Shown here in pieces: positions 51,032-60,648 of a stretch of 64,000 nt of DNA. The position numbers and the translations under genes were made by a program. The notes under the pieces were generated by a model that was given only the letters and a program-made list of their open reading frames with translations, did not search any database and had not been told where the DNA came from. Within the stretch, counting starts at the first letter, position 1. The number at the start of each line of letters is the position of its first letter. Origin of the DNA: Gemmatales bacterium. GTDB lineage: Bacteria > Planctomycetota > Planctomycetia > Gemmatales > HRBIN36. The DNA is taken from assembly GCA_041640595.1 (NCBI GenBank), contig JBEPZY010000001.1, forward strand, positions 256,001 to 320,000. Direction: 5' to 3'.

Positions 51032-51555
51032 CACGTCGTTCTCATCCCGCAGTGGCCTCGGTTGTCCCCATCGCAATCGCTCCACTCAGGCATCTGCTGA
51101 GTGACACACCGTTGTCAACCCGCAGTGAGTCTGATTCATCCCCAGTTTTTGATTGGGCCGGCTATTTCGCAGCACCTGACGAGAGAATGGTTTGTCGAAT
51201 GTCCTATTTTCCAGGGCCTGAGGCTCGCCCGTTCGCATCATACCAGCGTTCGGCCAAGGCGATCGGGTCTAACCGGGTGCCTGGCAGTCGGCAGCCTTTT
51301 CCAAAAACCGAAGATGCTCAAACAGATCTTGCATCTCCTGCGATCTGTGCGGTGCTTCGAGACAAGGAGACCTTTTCAAAAACCTGAAGAGGCTCTGCAT
51401 CTTCCAAGTGCCCCGAAAAACAGCGTCAGGATTGACGCCACCCCGACCGACACCGTGTCTTCCATGCTCCAAGTCTCCGCCTAAGAACAGACCATCCGAC
51501 GTAACCGTTATCATTCAGACGCCTTACCTCCAGCGGGGCTCCCGTCAAAACCGGG

Positions 51556-52041
51556 GATAAGTCAGAACTGGAGCCTTCAGGTAATCGCGGACGGGGTAGG
51601 GAACGCCGATAATGCGGATTTAGAGTCTGGGATAAGTCAGAACTGGGCCATCAGGCAATCGCGGACGCGGTGGGGAACGCCGATAGTGCGGATTTAGAGT
51701 CTGAGATAAGTCAGAACAGGGGCCTTCAGGTAATCGCGGGCGGGGTAGGGAACGCCGGTAGTGCGGATTTAGAGTCTGAGATAAGTCAGAACTGGGGCCT
51801 TCAGGTAATCGCGGACGCGGTGGGGAACGCCGATAGTGCGGATTTAGAGTCTGGGATAAGTCAGAACTGGGGCCATCAGGCAATCGCGGACGGGGTAGGG
51901 AACGCCGATAGTGCGGATTTGGAGTCTGAGATAAGTCAGAACTGGGGCCTTCAGGTAATCGCGGACGGGGTAGGGAACGCCGATAGTGCGGATTTAGAGT
52001 CTGAGAGAAGTCAGAACTGGGGCCTTCAGGTAATCGCGGAC
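51556..52041. repeat. 75-bp tandem repeat, about 6.5 near-identical copies
   Basis: Units start at 51556, 51631, 51705, 51780, 51855, 51930 and 52005 (partial). Confidence 0.95.
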
Positions 52042-52113
52042 CGTCGGCTTGCAGGAAGCGCCGACACTATTCTGCCAATCAAACGGCCGGCCAGGCATTC
52101 CAACCGAAGGAAC

Positions 52114-52134
52114 TACCCCCGGCAGGACTCGAAC
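52114..52134 (-). other. tRNA 3'-end fragment (att-like)
   Basis: Minus strand GTTCGAGTCCTGCCGGGGGTA: T-loop, 3' T-stem, acceptor strand and discriminator; rest of tRNA absent. Confidence 0.55.
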
Positions 52135-52545
52135 ATCCTGCGAATTTCCCAGGAAAATGCGAGGTTGAGGATTCCGGCGCAGCAAAATCCGCAGCACTTA
52201 GCCGCAGTTTCGAGGAAGAAACCAAGCATAACTGTCCCACTGCCGCAAGCCGCAAGCCTGCCCAGCCGCAAGCGTCTGAACTTGGTAACCGATTGGCCGA
52301 GGCACTGCTGATTATCGCATCACTATCCGAAAGCGAACGCCAGTTATTGATCCGGTTGCTGGAAAGTTTCGGCAAAACCAAGCCATAACCGGCCGGACCC
52401 ATCCCTAGTTTCGGCTGAAAGCTCCGCTGGAACGCTAACTGGCTCTTTCTAACTTACTCATTATCTGCCGGACTTATCCCCAGTTTTGACTGAGCGTCCC
52501 CAGGACATAAGTCGTTGGGATGGCGTTTATTTCTCCGGATGGCCA

Positions 52546-52772
52546 GTTTTCGGGGCACATGGAGGACGGTAAACGACACTGCTTATAAGACACGCACGTG
52601 CGTTAAACCCGGTTTTTGGGGCACAGGGAGGGCAGTGAACTCAGGCTCCAGATAATAATCCTTGCCACGAGCGGACGTTTTTCGGGGTATGCGAAGGACG
52701 GCGAACTTGTTAAAGGTCCTGGTGGTCCGCCAACTTCATCTCATTTTTCGGGGTACATGGAGGACGGTGAAC
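52546..52772. CRISPR. Degenerate orphan CRISPR-like array: 4 x 29-bp repeats, 3 x 37-bp unique spacers
   Basis: Repeats at 52546, 52612, 52678, 52744 (exact 66-bp period), consensus KTTTTCGGGGYACATGGAGGACGGTGAAC; spacers mutually unrelated. Confidence 0.55.
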
Positions 52773-53735
52773 CCAGCCGAGTTTCTTCGGGGCTTACAAA
52801 AAGGCTCGCCGAACGCCAAGCATACGGTCGGCTGCAATCGGCTTGACCGAACATTGCAACGATGTGAGCGCCCTACCCGAGGTCGGAAAATGGAACTTTT
52901 CGTTAGCCATTTTGTGGTCAGGTGTTGCGAATTAGCTTGCCCCCGCCACAACTGGCGATAGGTCAGTGCTTGCCCACCTACTGGGAGAAACTGCTGCGGC
53001 GATTGCGACTCCGCAAGGTCCCCGCATCCGTCCACATCCTCCGCAGTTCGACAGAGCTGGCAATACACGGCGTTGATCGGCGAGTGAAAAGTTCTGCCTT
53101 ATCCTGCCGCTTCGGACAACGGGCAACCGAAACATCGCCCGCTTCGTTGTCGGTTGCCACACCGCACCTGCGAGACCGGCAGCAGCGGCATGCTCCATCG
53201 AGCCATCGTCCGCTCCGGTGGGAACTGCTAGTCTATGCATGGATTAGCCGTTTGTGCAGGCTAGAGCGGCAAAACGGCGGTGGCGAAACCACGAAGGAAC
53301 GCAAGGCGGGGAAGCAGCAGCGCGAAGAATTTCCAGCACAGCCAGGCTCAGCGGACAAGGACCGTGCAAGCCGAGAACAAGTTCCTTACGCAGATCGAGA
53401 TCGAGGATGAATACTGCGACTCAGCGGCCAAACAACGCGCATGCTGGGAGAGCGTCCATCCAGGAAAGAGCACAGCGTCAGGTGCGGCGCCATAATTTCG
53501 ACGGTGCCCGATTCTCCTCGCTCTCATTGTGCGATACGCCAGTGTGAAGTGCGGCGTTATGAATACAACACACACTTAGGCCGTGCATTGGCCATGACCG
53601 GCGAAGTATAATTGACCCGCTTCGATCCGCTCCGTGGCATCAAGTACGCCGGCAAATTCCAAACGTGAACGTGCCGGCACGATTGACAGGGGAAGGACAT
53701 CACTCGTGGGAAGCACGTCTGGGGGGAGCTGCGAT

Positions 53736-56700
53736 ATGCAAGGGGAGCGTAGCGGTGAGAAGACTCTGAAACCCGACGATGTTCTTCAGGGGGATTTCTG
53801 GCCTGAGCCTGTACGCATTGTGAGGCTGGTCCGGTTCGGCGAACGCACTAAGATTGAAGCCGTCGGTACTAAGACCAGGCAATTTTACGAACACATTCTC
53901 AGAGCGCAAGACCTGGGACAGGTGCGAGTGGTTACCGAAACGGGACGGGATTACGGCGGACGTGGCGAAGCTTTTTTCCTGGTCATGGAAGCACACCGCA
54001 TCCGCTCGGCTTATCAATTTGATCCGCTCTTTGCCGTCACCGTTTCCCAGGTGGATCCCCTGCCGCACCAGATCGAGGCAGTCTATCACTACATCCTGCG
54101 TAATCCGCGCATTCGCTTCCTGTTAGCCGATGATCCTGGGGCAGGCAAAACCATAATGACGGGTTTGCTGCTCAAGGAACTGAAATACCGCGGACTGGTA
54201 CAGTGGACGCTCATCGTGGTGCCGGGTCATTTGCGAGACCAGTGGCTGAGGGAAATGAAAGAACGTTTTGGTGAAACCTTTACCGCAGTTGACCGCAACA
54301 TCATCAATGCCACCTGGGGGCGCAACGTCTGGCAAGAGCAGCCCCAGATTATCACCTCCATGGACTTTGCCAAACAGAGCGATGTGATGGCGACTCTGAG
54401 CGAGGTACACTGGGATTTGGTGATCGTGGATGAAGCCCATAAGATGGCTGCCTACCGTTATGGCGAAAAAACCGCACGCACTGAACGCTACCGTTTGGGC
54501 GAACTCCTATCGCGGAAAAGCAACTTTTTGCTGTTTCTAACTGCTACCCCTCATCGCGGTGATCCCGAGAACTTCCTGCTGTTCCTTGACCTGCTTCAGC
54601 CCGGTTTCTTCGCGAACGCCGACCTGCTTCAGGAATCCGTGCGCAACAAGGATAATCCCCTCTACCTTCGCCGGTTGAAGGAGGACCTTAAAGATTTTCA
54701 GGGGCGACCGCTCTTTCCGCCCCGTCGTGTAACCACGAAACCGTACCGGCTGAACGACGAGGAAAAGCGGCTTTACAACGCTGTGACCGAATACGTGGAA
54801 AAGTCGTACAACAAGGCCCTGGCAGCGGAAAAGCGAAATGTGGCGTTCGCTCTGTTGATTCTGCAGCGGCGGTTGGCATCCAGCGTCCGGGCAGTGCGTC
54901 GCTCACTGGAACGCCGTAAACAGCGACTGCAAGAGTTGCTCCAGTTGGGCAAATGGCTCGCCGAACGCGACAGCATTGACGAGGAAGAGCTCGAAGACGC
55001 ACCCGAAGCCGAACGCCTTAAGCAGGAGGAAGAGTTGCTGGAGCGGCTCACCGCGGCCGAAACCCGTGAGGAATTGCAGGAGGAGATCGCCAACCTGGAT
55101 CAGTTAATTCGCCTTGCCCGTGACGCCGAACGCCACGGTATCGAAACCAAGCTCAACGAGCTACGCAAGGTAATGGAAGACGAACATATCCAGCTCAGCG
55201 GCGAAAAACTCCTTGTTTTTACCGAATCACGCGAGACGCTGGAATATCTGGCGGAGAAACTCAAGGAGTGGGGCTATACCGTAAGCACTCTGCACGGTGG
55301 TATGGACCTGAATCAGCGCATTCGTACCGAGCATGAGTTCCGCGAACGAGCGCAGGTGATGGTATGCACTGAAGCGGGCGGGGAAGGCATCAACCTGCAG
55401 TTTTGCTCGCTGATGGTCAATTACGACATCCCTTGGAACCCCAACCGTCTGGAACAGCGTATGGGGCGGATTCATCGCTACGGCCAGCAAAAAGAGGTGC
55501 ACATCTATAACCTGGTCGCCGCCGATACCCGTGAAGGCAAGGTACTGGAGGCGCTGTTTCGCAAGCTGGAACGGATTCAGGAAGCGCTGGGCAGCGACCG
55601 CGTTTTCGACGTCATCGGCGAAGTGATGCCGGGACGCAGCCTGCAAGAACTGATCGTCGAAGCGATCGCCAACCGGCGCACCCTGGAGGAAATCGTGGCC
55701 GCTATCGAAGCGGTGCCCGATGAAGAAGCGGTGCGTAAGGCACGCGAAGCCGTACTGGAAGGTTTGGCCACCCGGCACATTGACCTGCAAAGCGTGCTGG
55801 GCGAAGAGCGACGCGCCCGCGAGAACCGTCTGGTGCCGGAATACATTGAGCGCTTTTTCGAACGTGCCTGTCAGTTTTTGAAAATCCCTCTGGAACGCCG
55901 CCGTGATGGACTCTGGCGCGTCCCCAGCGTGCCCTACGAAATTCGCCATGTTTCACAGGAATTTCGGCACCGCTTCGGTGAGGTTTTCCGGGAATACAGC
56001 AAAGTGGCGTTTGACAAAAAGATGGCTCGTGAGCAGAACGCGGTCCTGGTAGCGCCAGCCCATCCATTGCTGGAGGCGATCATCGAACGCCTGCTCACCG
56101 ATTGCGCCGACGATGTTCGCCGCGGAGCCGTATTTACCGACCCCGACGGTCGGCTTAACGGTTGGCTCTTCTTTCTGGAAGGGGAAATCCGCGACGGCAC
56201 CAACCAGGTGGCCGGCAAGCATGTTTTTGCTCTCTACCGCTCCGTTGCCGGCGATCTGCGGCTCGTCAACCCATCCATTCTCTGGGACCTGAAACCGGAT
56301 GGCGAACGGCAGGAGATGCACCCCCAGCTAGGCGAGGAAGAAGTTATCGCCTACGCCATTGAACACGTTCTGGAGCCGTATCGTGCGGAATTGCTGAAAA
56401 GGCGTGAGTGGGATGCCGCTATCAAGCGTAAATACGGCGTGCGTTCGCTGGAGCAAATGATTCTGGACTCGGAGGCGAAACTGATTGACTACGAAACTCG
56501 CCGGGCCAAAGGCGAAAACTTTCCCGACGTGGAAATACTCAATGAGCAGCGGAAGAAGGAAGAGCTTCAGGCACGCAAACAGGCGCTGGAAGAACAGATC
56601 CGCCGTCAGACCAGTCTGCTGCCGGCCAGCCCGAAGGTGCTGGGTGTGGTGCGCGTCCTGCCGCAAGTCGCTACCGATGACGACATGCGATCCGATGCCG

Positions 56701-57065
56701 AGATCGAAGCCATCGGCATGCAGGTGGCCATGCAGCGCGAGCGGGAACGCGGACGCTTGCCCGAGGATGTTTCGGCACAAAACCTGGGCTACGACATTCG
56801 CTCGACCAGCCCCGCGGGCGAAGTGCGCTACATTGAAGTCAAAGCCCGCGCCACCACCGGCCCCATAGCGCTCACCCCGAACGAGTGGCTCATGGCGCAA
56901 CGCCTCGGCAATGACTACTGGCTTTATATCGTCGCGCATGCTGCCAGCGAGCCACACCTGCATACTATTCAAAACCCCGCCGCTAAATTGCGCCCCGAAG
57001 AACAGGTCGAAACCGTGCGCTATGTCATAAAAAACTGGCAGGAGGTAAGCGATGAAGCCACGTGA
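53736..57065 (+). CDS. SNF2-family helicase with C-terminal DUF3883 nuclease domain (system 2)
   Basis: LADDPGAGKT, VDEAHK, LTATPHRG, EQRMGRIHRYGQ; GYDIRS..YIEVKAR..LTPNEW. Confidence 0.92.
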   Translation: MQGERSGEKTLKPDDVLQGDFWPEPVRIVRLVRFGERTKIEAVGTKTRQFYEHILRAQDLGQVRVVTETGRDYGGRGEAFFLVMEAHRIRSAYQFDPLFAVTVSQVDPLPHQIEAVYHYILRNPRIRFLLADDPGAGKTIMTGLLLKELKYRGLVQWTLIVVPGHLRDQWLREMKERFGETFTAVDRNIINATWGRNVWQEQPQIITSMDFAKQSDVMATLSEVHWDLVIVDEAHKMAAYRYGEKTARTERYRLGELLSRKSNFLLFLTATPHRGDPENFLLFLDLLQPGFFANADLLQESVRNKDNPLYLRRLKEDLKDFQGRPLFPPRRVTTKPYRLNDEEKRLYNAVTEYVEKSYNKALAAEKRNVAFALLILQRRLASSVRAVRRSLERRKQRLQELLQLGKWLAERDSIDEEELEDAPEAERLKQEEELLERLTAAETREELQEEIANLDQLIRLARDAERHGIETKLNELRKVMEDEHIQLSGEKLLVFTESRETLEYLAEKLKEWGYTVSTLHGGMDLNQRIRTEHEFRERAQVMVCTEAGGEGINLQFCSLMVNYDIPWNPNRLEQRMGRIHRYGQQKEVHIYNLVAADTREGKVLEALFRKLERIQEALGSDRVFDVIGEVMPGRSLQELIVEAIANRRTLEEIVAAIEAVPDEEAVRKAREAVLEGLATRHIDLQSVLGEERRARENRLVPEYIERFFERACQFLKIPLERRRDGLWRVPSVPYEIRHVSQEFRHRFGEVFREYSKVAFDKKMAREQNAVLVAPAHPLLEAIIERLLTDCADDVRRGAVFTDPDGRLNGWLFFLEGEIRDGTNQVAGKHVFALYRSVAGDLRLVNPSILWDLKPDGERQEMHPQLGEEEVIAYAIEHVLEPYRAELLKRREWDAAIKRKYGVRSLEQMILDSEAKLIDYETRRAKGENFPDVEILNEQRKKEELQARKQALEEQIRRQTSLLPASPKVLGVVRVLPQVATDDDMRSDAEIEAIGMQVAMQRERERGRLPEDVSAQNLGYDIRSTSPAGEVRYIEVKARATTGPIALTPNEWLMAQRLGNDYWLYIVAHAASEPHLHTIQNPAAKLRPEEQVETVRYVIKNWQEVSDEAT

Positions 57066-57423
57066 GATTCCCCAATCGGTGCGGCTGGCCTTGGAGGAAC
57101 TCAAAGCGTCGCTCGTCGAACTCTATGGCGAGCGGCTGGAGGGGGTCTATCTCTACGGCTCGTACGCGCGAGGCGATTTCACCGAAGATTCGGACATAGA
57201 TGTGCTTATCGTTCTCCAGGGCGATGTCAAGCCAGGAGCCGAGATTACCAGGCTCAGCCCGCTTCTGTCGGAAATATGTTTGCGCCATGATGTGCTCATA
57301 AGCACATATCCTGTGCCAGCAACATGCCTAAGGGAGCGGCAAAGTCCTTTGTTCATCAACATACGTCGTGAGGGCGTGCCGATGGGCGAGTTTCTCGAAA
57401 GAACCAACCATGCGGGAGCGTGA
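57052..57423 (+). CDS. Minimal nucleotidyltransferase (MNT)
   Basis: LYGSYARGDFTEDSDIDVLIV. Confidence 0.9.
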   Translation: MKPREIPQSVRLALEELKASLVELYGERLEGVYLYGSYARGDFTEDSDIDVLIVLQGDVKPGAEITRLSPLLSEICLRHDVLISTYPVPATCLRERQSPLFINIRREGVPMGEFLERTNHAGA

Positions 57424-57835
57424 GGTGGTGCGCATAGTTGCTGAGCGGCTGAAAAGCGAAGGTGCCCGGCACCTTCAGGTGCGTTACGCTCGTGAACCTG
57501 GCCCGGATATCGAGGCCGTGTTGCCTAACTCCCATCGTCAGTTGTTTATCGAAGCCAAGGGGGACGTAAAATCGGCCGAATCGGCGCTCGGTGTTGCCCT
57601 CTACCAGATCCTTTGCCGCTATGATGGCCAGGCCGTTTGCGCAATTGCCGTGCCCTTCTCCAGTCGTTATCAAGACCTTCTGAGAAAAGTCCTGGCTGGC
57701 CTTGGGCAGTTGCGCGTGCATGTGCTCCTGGTCAGGGAGGCCGAAGTCTGGCATCTTCCGCCCAACGCAAAAGGATTTCTGCCGACCAAACCTTCTTCGC
57801 TCGTCGAGGCTCTGGAAAATGAGCAAAGACATTAA
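57410..57835 (+). CDS. Small PD-(D/E)xK restriction-endonuclease-fold protein
   Basis: 141 aa: EREVV..GPDIEA..FIEAKG..ALYQIL; overlaps both neighbours. Confidence 0.65.
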   Translation: MREREVVRIVAERLKSEGARHLQVRYAREPGPDIEAVLPNSHRQLFIEAKGDVKSAESALGVALYQILCRYDGQAVCAIAVPFSSRYQDLLRKVLAGLGQLRVHVLLVREAEVWHLPPNAKGFLPTKPSSLVEALENEQRH

Positions 57836-59393
57836 GCTGCGGCTCATTGAAGTAGATTTCCCGTTGAGGAAGGTTTCCGAAGAATCGGTGCGGGAAAAGA
57901 ACATTCGCCACGGGCACATTTCCACGCTGCACATCTGGTGGGCCCGCCGACCGCTGGCCGCTTCCCGTGCTACCGCACTGGCGGCACTTCTGCCCGATGA
58001 CCACAACCGCCGCGACGAGCTGCTCCGGCTCATCGAGGAGCTTGCTCCCTGGGAAGCCGTTTCCGGTAAAGCTTCGAGGAGCCAATCCCTTCAGAAAGCC
58101 CGCGAGCTTCTCCGCGAAGCCTTTGGCGGACGTGCTCCGCGGGTGCTCGATTGCTTCGCCGGTGGCGGGGCCATTCCCCTCGAAGCGCTGCGCCTGGGCT
58201 GCGAAACCTATGCCCTCGACTACAACCCCGTCGCCGTCCTTATCAACAAAGCTGTCCTCGAATTCCCGCAGAAGTTCGGACGACCTGACCAGGTCACAAC
58301 CGTACCGCTCCCGCCTGCTTCGCAAAACCAGTCGCGGACCGATGGGCGACTTCTCGACGTGGAAGTCGAGCCTGTCGAAAATCCCCTGCTTCAAGCGGTC
58401 TCCGCCTGGGGAGCGTGGGTGTTAGAGGAAGCACGCAGGGAATTAGAGCCATTCTACCCGAAGGACCACGATGGTTCGATTCCGGTCGGCTACATCTGGG
58501 CGAGGACCTTGCCGTGTCAGAATCCCGCCTGCGGCGCCGAAATCCCGCTCATGCGCCAGACCTGGCTGGCCAAAAAAGATAAGAGGAAGGTTGCACTCAA
58601 GCTCATCCCGAACCGGGGAGCACGGCGCGTGGAGGTCGAAATCGTCGGGGCGGACGGCCGTCCGATTGATTTTGACCCCGAAGAGGGCACCGTCTCGCGC
58701 GCTCACGTGCGCTGCCCGCTCTGCGGCGGCACGTTTGACGACAAGACGACCCGCCGCCTCTTCCGCGAGGGCAAATCCGGCCAGCGTCTGATGGCGGTCG
58801 TGCTCCACCATCCGAAGCGCACAGGCAAGACCTACCGCCTGCCCAGCAAACGCGATCTGGAAGCCTACCACGCCGCCGAAACCGCACTGGAACACAAACG
58901 GGCCCGCCTCCGCGAAGAATGGGGCATCGAACCCGTGCCGGATGAGCCGTTGCCGCCGCTGGAGACGCTCGGCTTCCGTGTCCAGCGCTATGGTCTCACC
59001 CGCTGGGGCGACCTGTTCAACCCGCGGCAGAAGCTGGCGCTGATCACCTTCGCCGAGAAAGTCCGCCAGGCCCACGCCCAAATTCTCTCCCAAGGCGCCG
59101 AGCCGGAGTTCGCCAAAGCGGTGGCAACGTATCTGGCGTTGGTTGTCGATGAATTAGCTCGCTTTACCTCGGTCCTCAACCCTTGGAAAGTCGATGCCGA
59201 AGCTATTGTTCATGTTTTTGGCAGGCAAGCACTACCTATGCTCTGGGATCACTGCGAAAACGTTCCCGTCGGCTCGCACGGTGGAACATGGGAGCACCGC
59301 CTTACGGAAATAATTGCAGTGGCTGAAGCGCTATACGTACATGAAAGGTCCAACCTCAGTGGCATCGCTGCGGGAGAGCGAACGACTCAGTGA
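57819..59393 (+). CDS. DUF1156 methyltransferase (system 2), N-terminal half with SAM-binding motif, Zn ribbon and target-recognition region
   Basis: [39 protein letters not shown]; stops before motif IV. Confidence 0.9.
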   Translation: MSKDIKLRLIEVDFPLRKVSEESVREKNIRHGHISTLHIWWARRPLAASRATALAALLPDDHNRRDELLRLIEELAPWEAVSGKASRSQSLQKARELLREAFGGRAPRVLDCFAGGGAIPLEALRLGCETYALDYNPVAVLINKAVLEFPQKFGRPDQVTTVPLPPASQNQSRTDGRLLDVEVEPVENPLLQAVSAWGAWVLEEARRELEPFYPKDHDGSIPVGYIWARTLPCQNPACGAEIPLMRQTWLAKKDKRKVALKLIPNRGARRVEVEIVGADGRPIDFDPEEGTVSRAHVRCPLCGGTFDDKTTRRLFREGKSGQRLMAVVLHHPKRTGKTYRLPSKRDLEAYHAAETALEHKRARLREEWGIEPVPDEPLPPLETLGFRVQRYGLTRWGDLFNPRQKLALITFAEKVRQAHAQILSQGAEPEFAKAVATYLALVVDELARFTSVLNPWKVDAEAIVHVFGRQALPMLWDHCENVPVGSHGGTWEHRLTEIIAVAEALYVHERSNLSGIAAGERTTQ

Positions 59394-59491
59394 AGGTACG
59401 CAAAGCCAGATTCACCAGCTGGAAATGGTCGCCAGCGAAGTGCGACGGCGATACCGAGCAGAGACTCGATTGGAACAATAAAGGAGAGAGA

Positions 59492-59788
59492 ATGAAAACA
59501 CGGAACGAAATTCTGGCGATCTTGAACGAACACCGGCAGGTTCTGCAGGAGCGCTACGGGGTCGAGGAACTGGCCCTTTTTGGTTCCTATGCCCGAGGGG
59601 AGCAGTGTCCCGTGAGCGATGTGGACATCTTGGTGCGGGTCCGTCGGCCCATCGGACTCAAGTTCTTTGAACTCTGGGATTACCTGGAGGAAATTCTGGA
59701 CTTGAAAGTGGACCTCCTGACGCCGGAGGCCCTTCAACAGAAGCCCGCCCTGTGGGAGAACGTTCAGGAAGACCTCGTCTATGTCTAA
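59492..59788 (+). CDS. MNT antitoxin
   Basis: ATG 59492 after AAGGAG; LFGSYARGEQ..SDVDILV..KVDL. Confidence 0.9.
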   Translation: MKTRNEILAILNEHRQVLQERYGVEELALFGSYARGEQCPVSDVDILVRVRRPIGLKFFELWDYLEEILDLKVDLLTPEALQQKPALWENVQEDLVYV

Positions 59789-60128
59789 GCGTGATTGGAC
59801 TCTCTTTTTGCAGGATATGCTGGACATCATCGGTAAGATCGGGCAGTACACGAGCGGGATGAGTTTTCAGGAATTTCTCCAAGACAGCCGAACCCAAGAT
59901 GCAGTAGTCAGGAACCTCGAAGTCCTGGGAGAAGCAGCGAGGCGGATTCCCCCCCACATCCAAGAGCGCTACCAGGAGATTCCGTGGGCCCAAATTGTGG
60001 GGCTGAGGAACCGGCTCATCCACGGTTACTTCCTCGTGGACTATGGCATTGTCTGGGAGATCGTCCAGAACGAACTGTCACCGTTGCGTGAAAAATTGGA
60101 ACAGATCGCGCGAGAGGTATCCGGATGA
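59781..60128 (+). CDS. DUF86 HEPN toxin
   Basis: DAVVRNLEVLGEAA, IPWAQIVGLRNRLIHGY (RX4H). Confidence 0.92.
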   Translation: MSKRDWTLFLQDMLDIIGKIGQYTSGMSFQEFLQDSRTQDAVVRNLEVLGEAARRIPPHIQERYQEIPWAQIVGLRNRLIHGYFLVDYGIVWEIVQNELSPLREKLEQIAREVSG

Positions 60129-60418
60129 CAAGCCTTGAGGAGATCAAAACGATACTTCAGCAACACAAAGAAGAGCTGAGAGCAAAGTATAAGGTCAAGG
60201 AGATAGGCGTTTTTGGCTCATACGTCCGGGGTCAACAGAGAAAGCAAAGCGACATAGATATCCTGGTGGAGTTTGAAGTGGTTCCTGGGCTGCTGAAATT
60301 TATAGAACTTGAAGATTACCTGTCCGAACTGCTTGGAGTCAAAGTTGACCTTGTCCGAAAGAGTTCTATCAGGGAGGAACTGCGGGACACAATCCTTCAA
60401 GAGGTGGTGGTGCTTTGA
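60125..60418 (+). CDS. MNT antitoxin (second pair)
   Basis: VFGSYVRGQQRKQSDIDILVEF..LGVKVDLV. Confidence 0.92.
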   Translation: MTSLEEIKTILQQHKEELRAKYKVKEIGVFGSYVRGQQRKQSDIDILVEFEVVPGLLKFIELEDYLSELLGVKVDLVRKSSIREELRDTILQEVVVL

Positions 60419-60648
60419 AGCGGCAATATCTTCTGTTTATCCAAGACATCCTGGAGGCGATACAGAAAGGGGAGGAATTCGCTGGCGCCATCATCCCCTG
60501 GAGCAGCATGGCAAAAATGAGGGATAGATTGGCTCATGGTTATTGGGCTGTGGATGATGAGATAGTGCGGAAAATTCGCAAAGAAGAGTTGCCGGAACTC
60601 AAGGCGAAAATCATGGAGGTCTATGAAAATGAACAGAAGCGTTCCTGA
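60415..60648 (+). pseudogene. Internally deleted DUF86 HEPN gene
   Basis: 77 aa; keeps FIQDIL and IPW..MRDRLAHGY but lacks ~35-40 central residues present in 59781-60128. Confidence 0.7.

Larger units (their letters stand above)
51544..52490. mobile_element. Possible non-autonomous element or recombination relic bounded by 20-bp inverted repeats
   Basis: GTCAAAACCGGGGATAAGTC (51544-51563) versus GACTTATCCCCAGTTTTGAC (52471-52490), 19/20 complementary; no transposase. Confidence 0.35.

Noticed and set aside
51556..52041. 75-bp array as a CRISPR array
   Set aside because: Units are near-identical along their full length; there are no unique spacers.
52114..52200. Complete tRNA gene
   Set aside because: Only the T-loop and 3' acceptor strand are present; no D-arm or anticodon arm.
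51670..52311. 213-aa ORF with 25-aa repeats
   Set aside because: Open only because the unit is a multiple of 3; one 74-bp unit upstream breaks the frame; no RBS or recognisable domain.
52922..53575. Short overlapping ORFs upstream of helicase 2
   Set aside because: No recognisable domain or convincing start; possibly decayed gene fragments.
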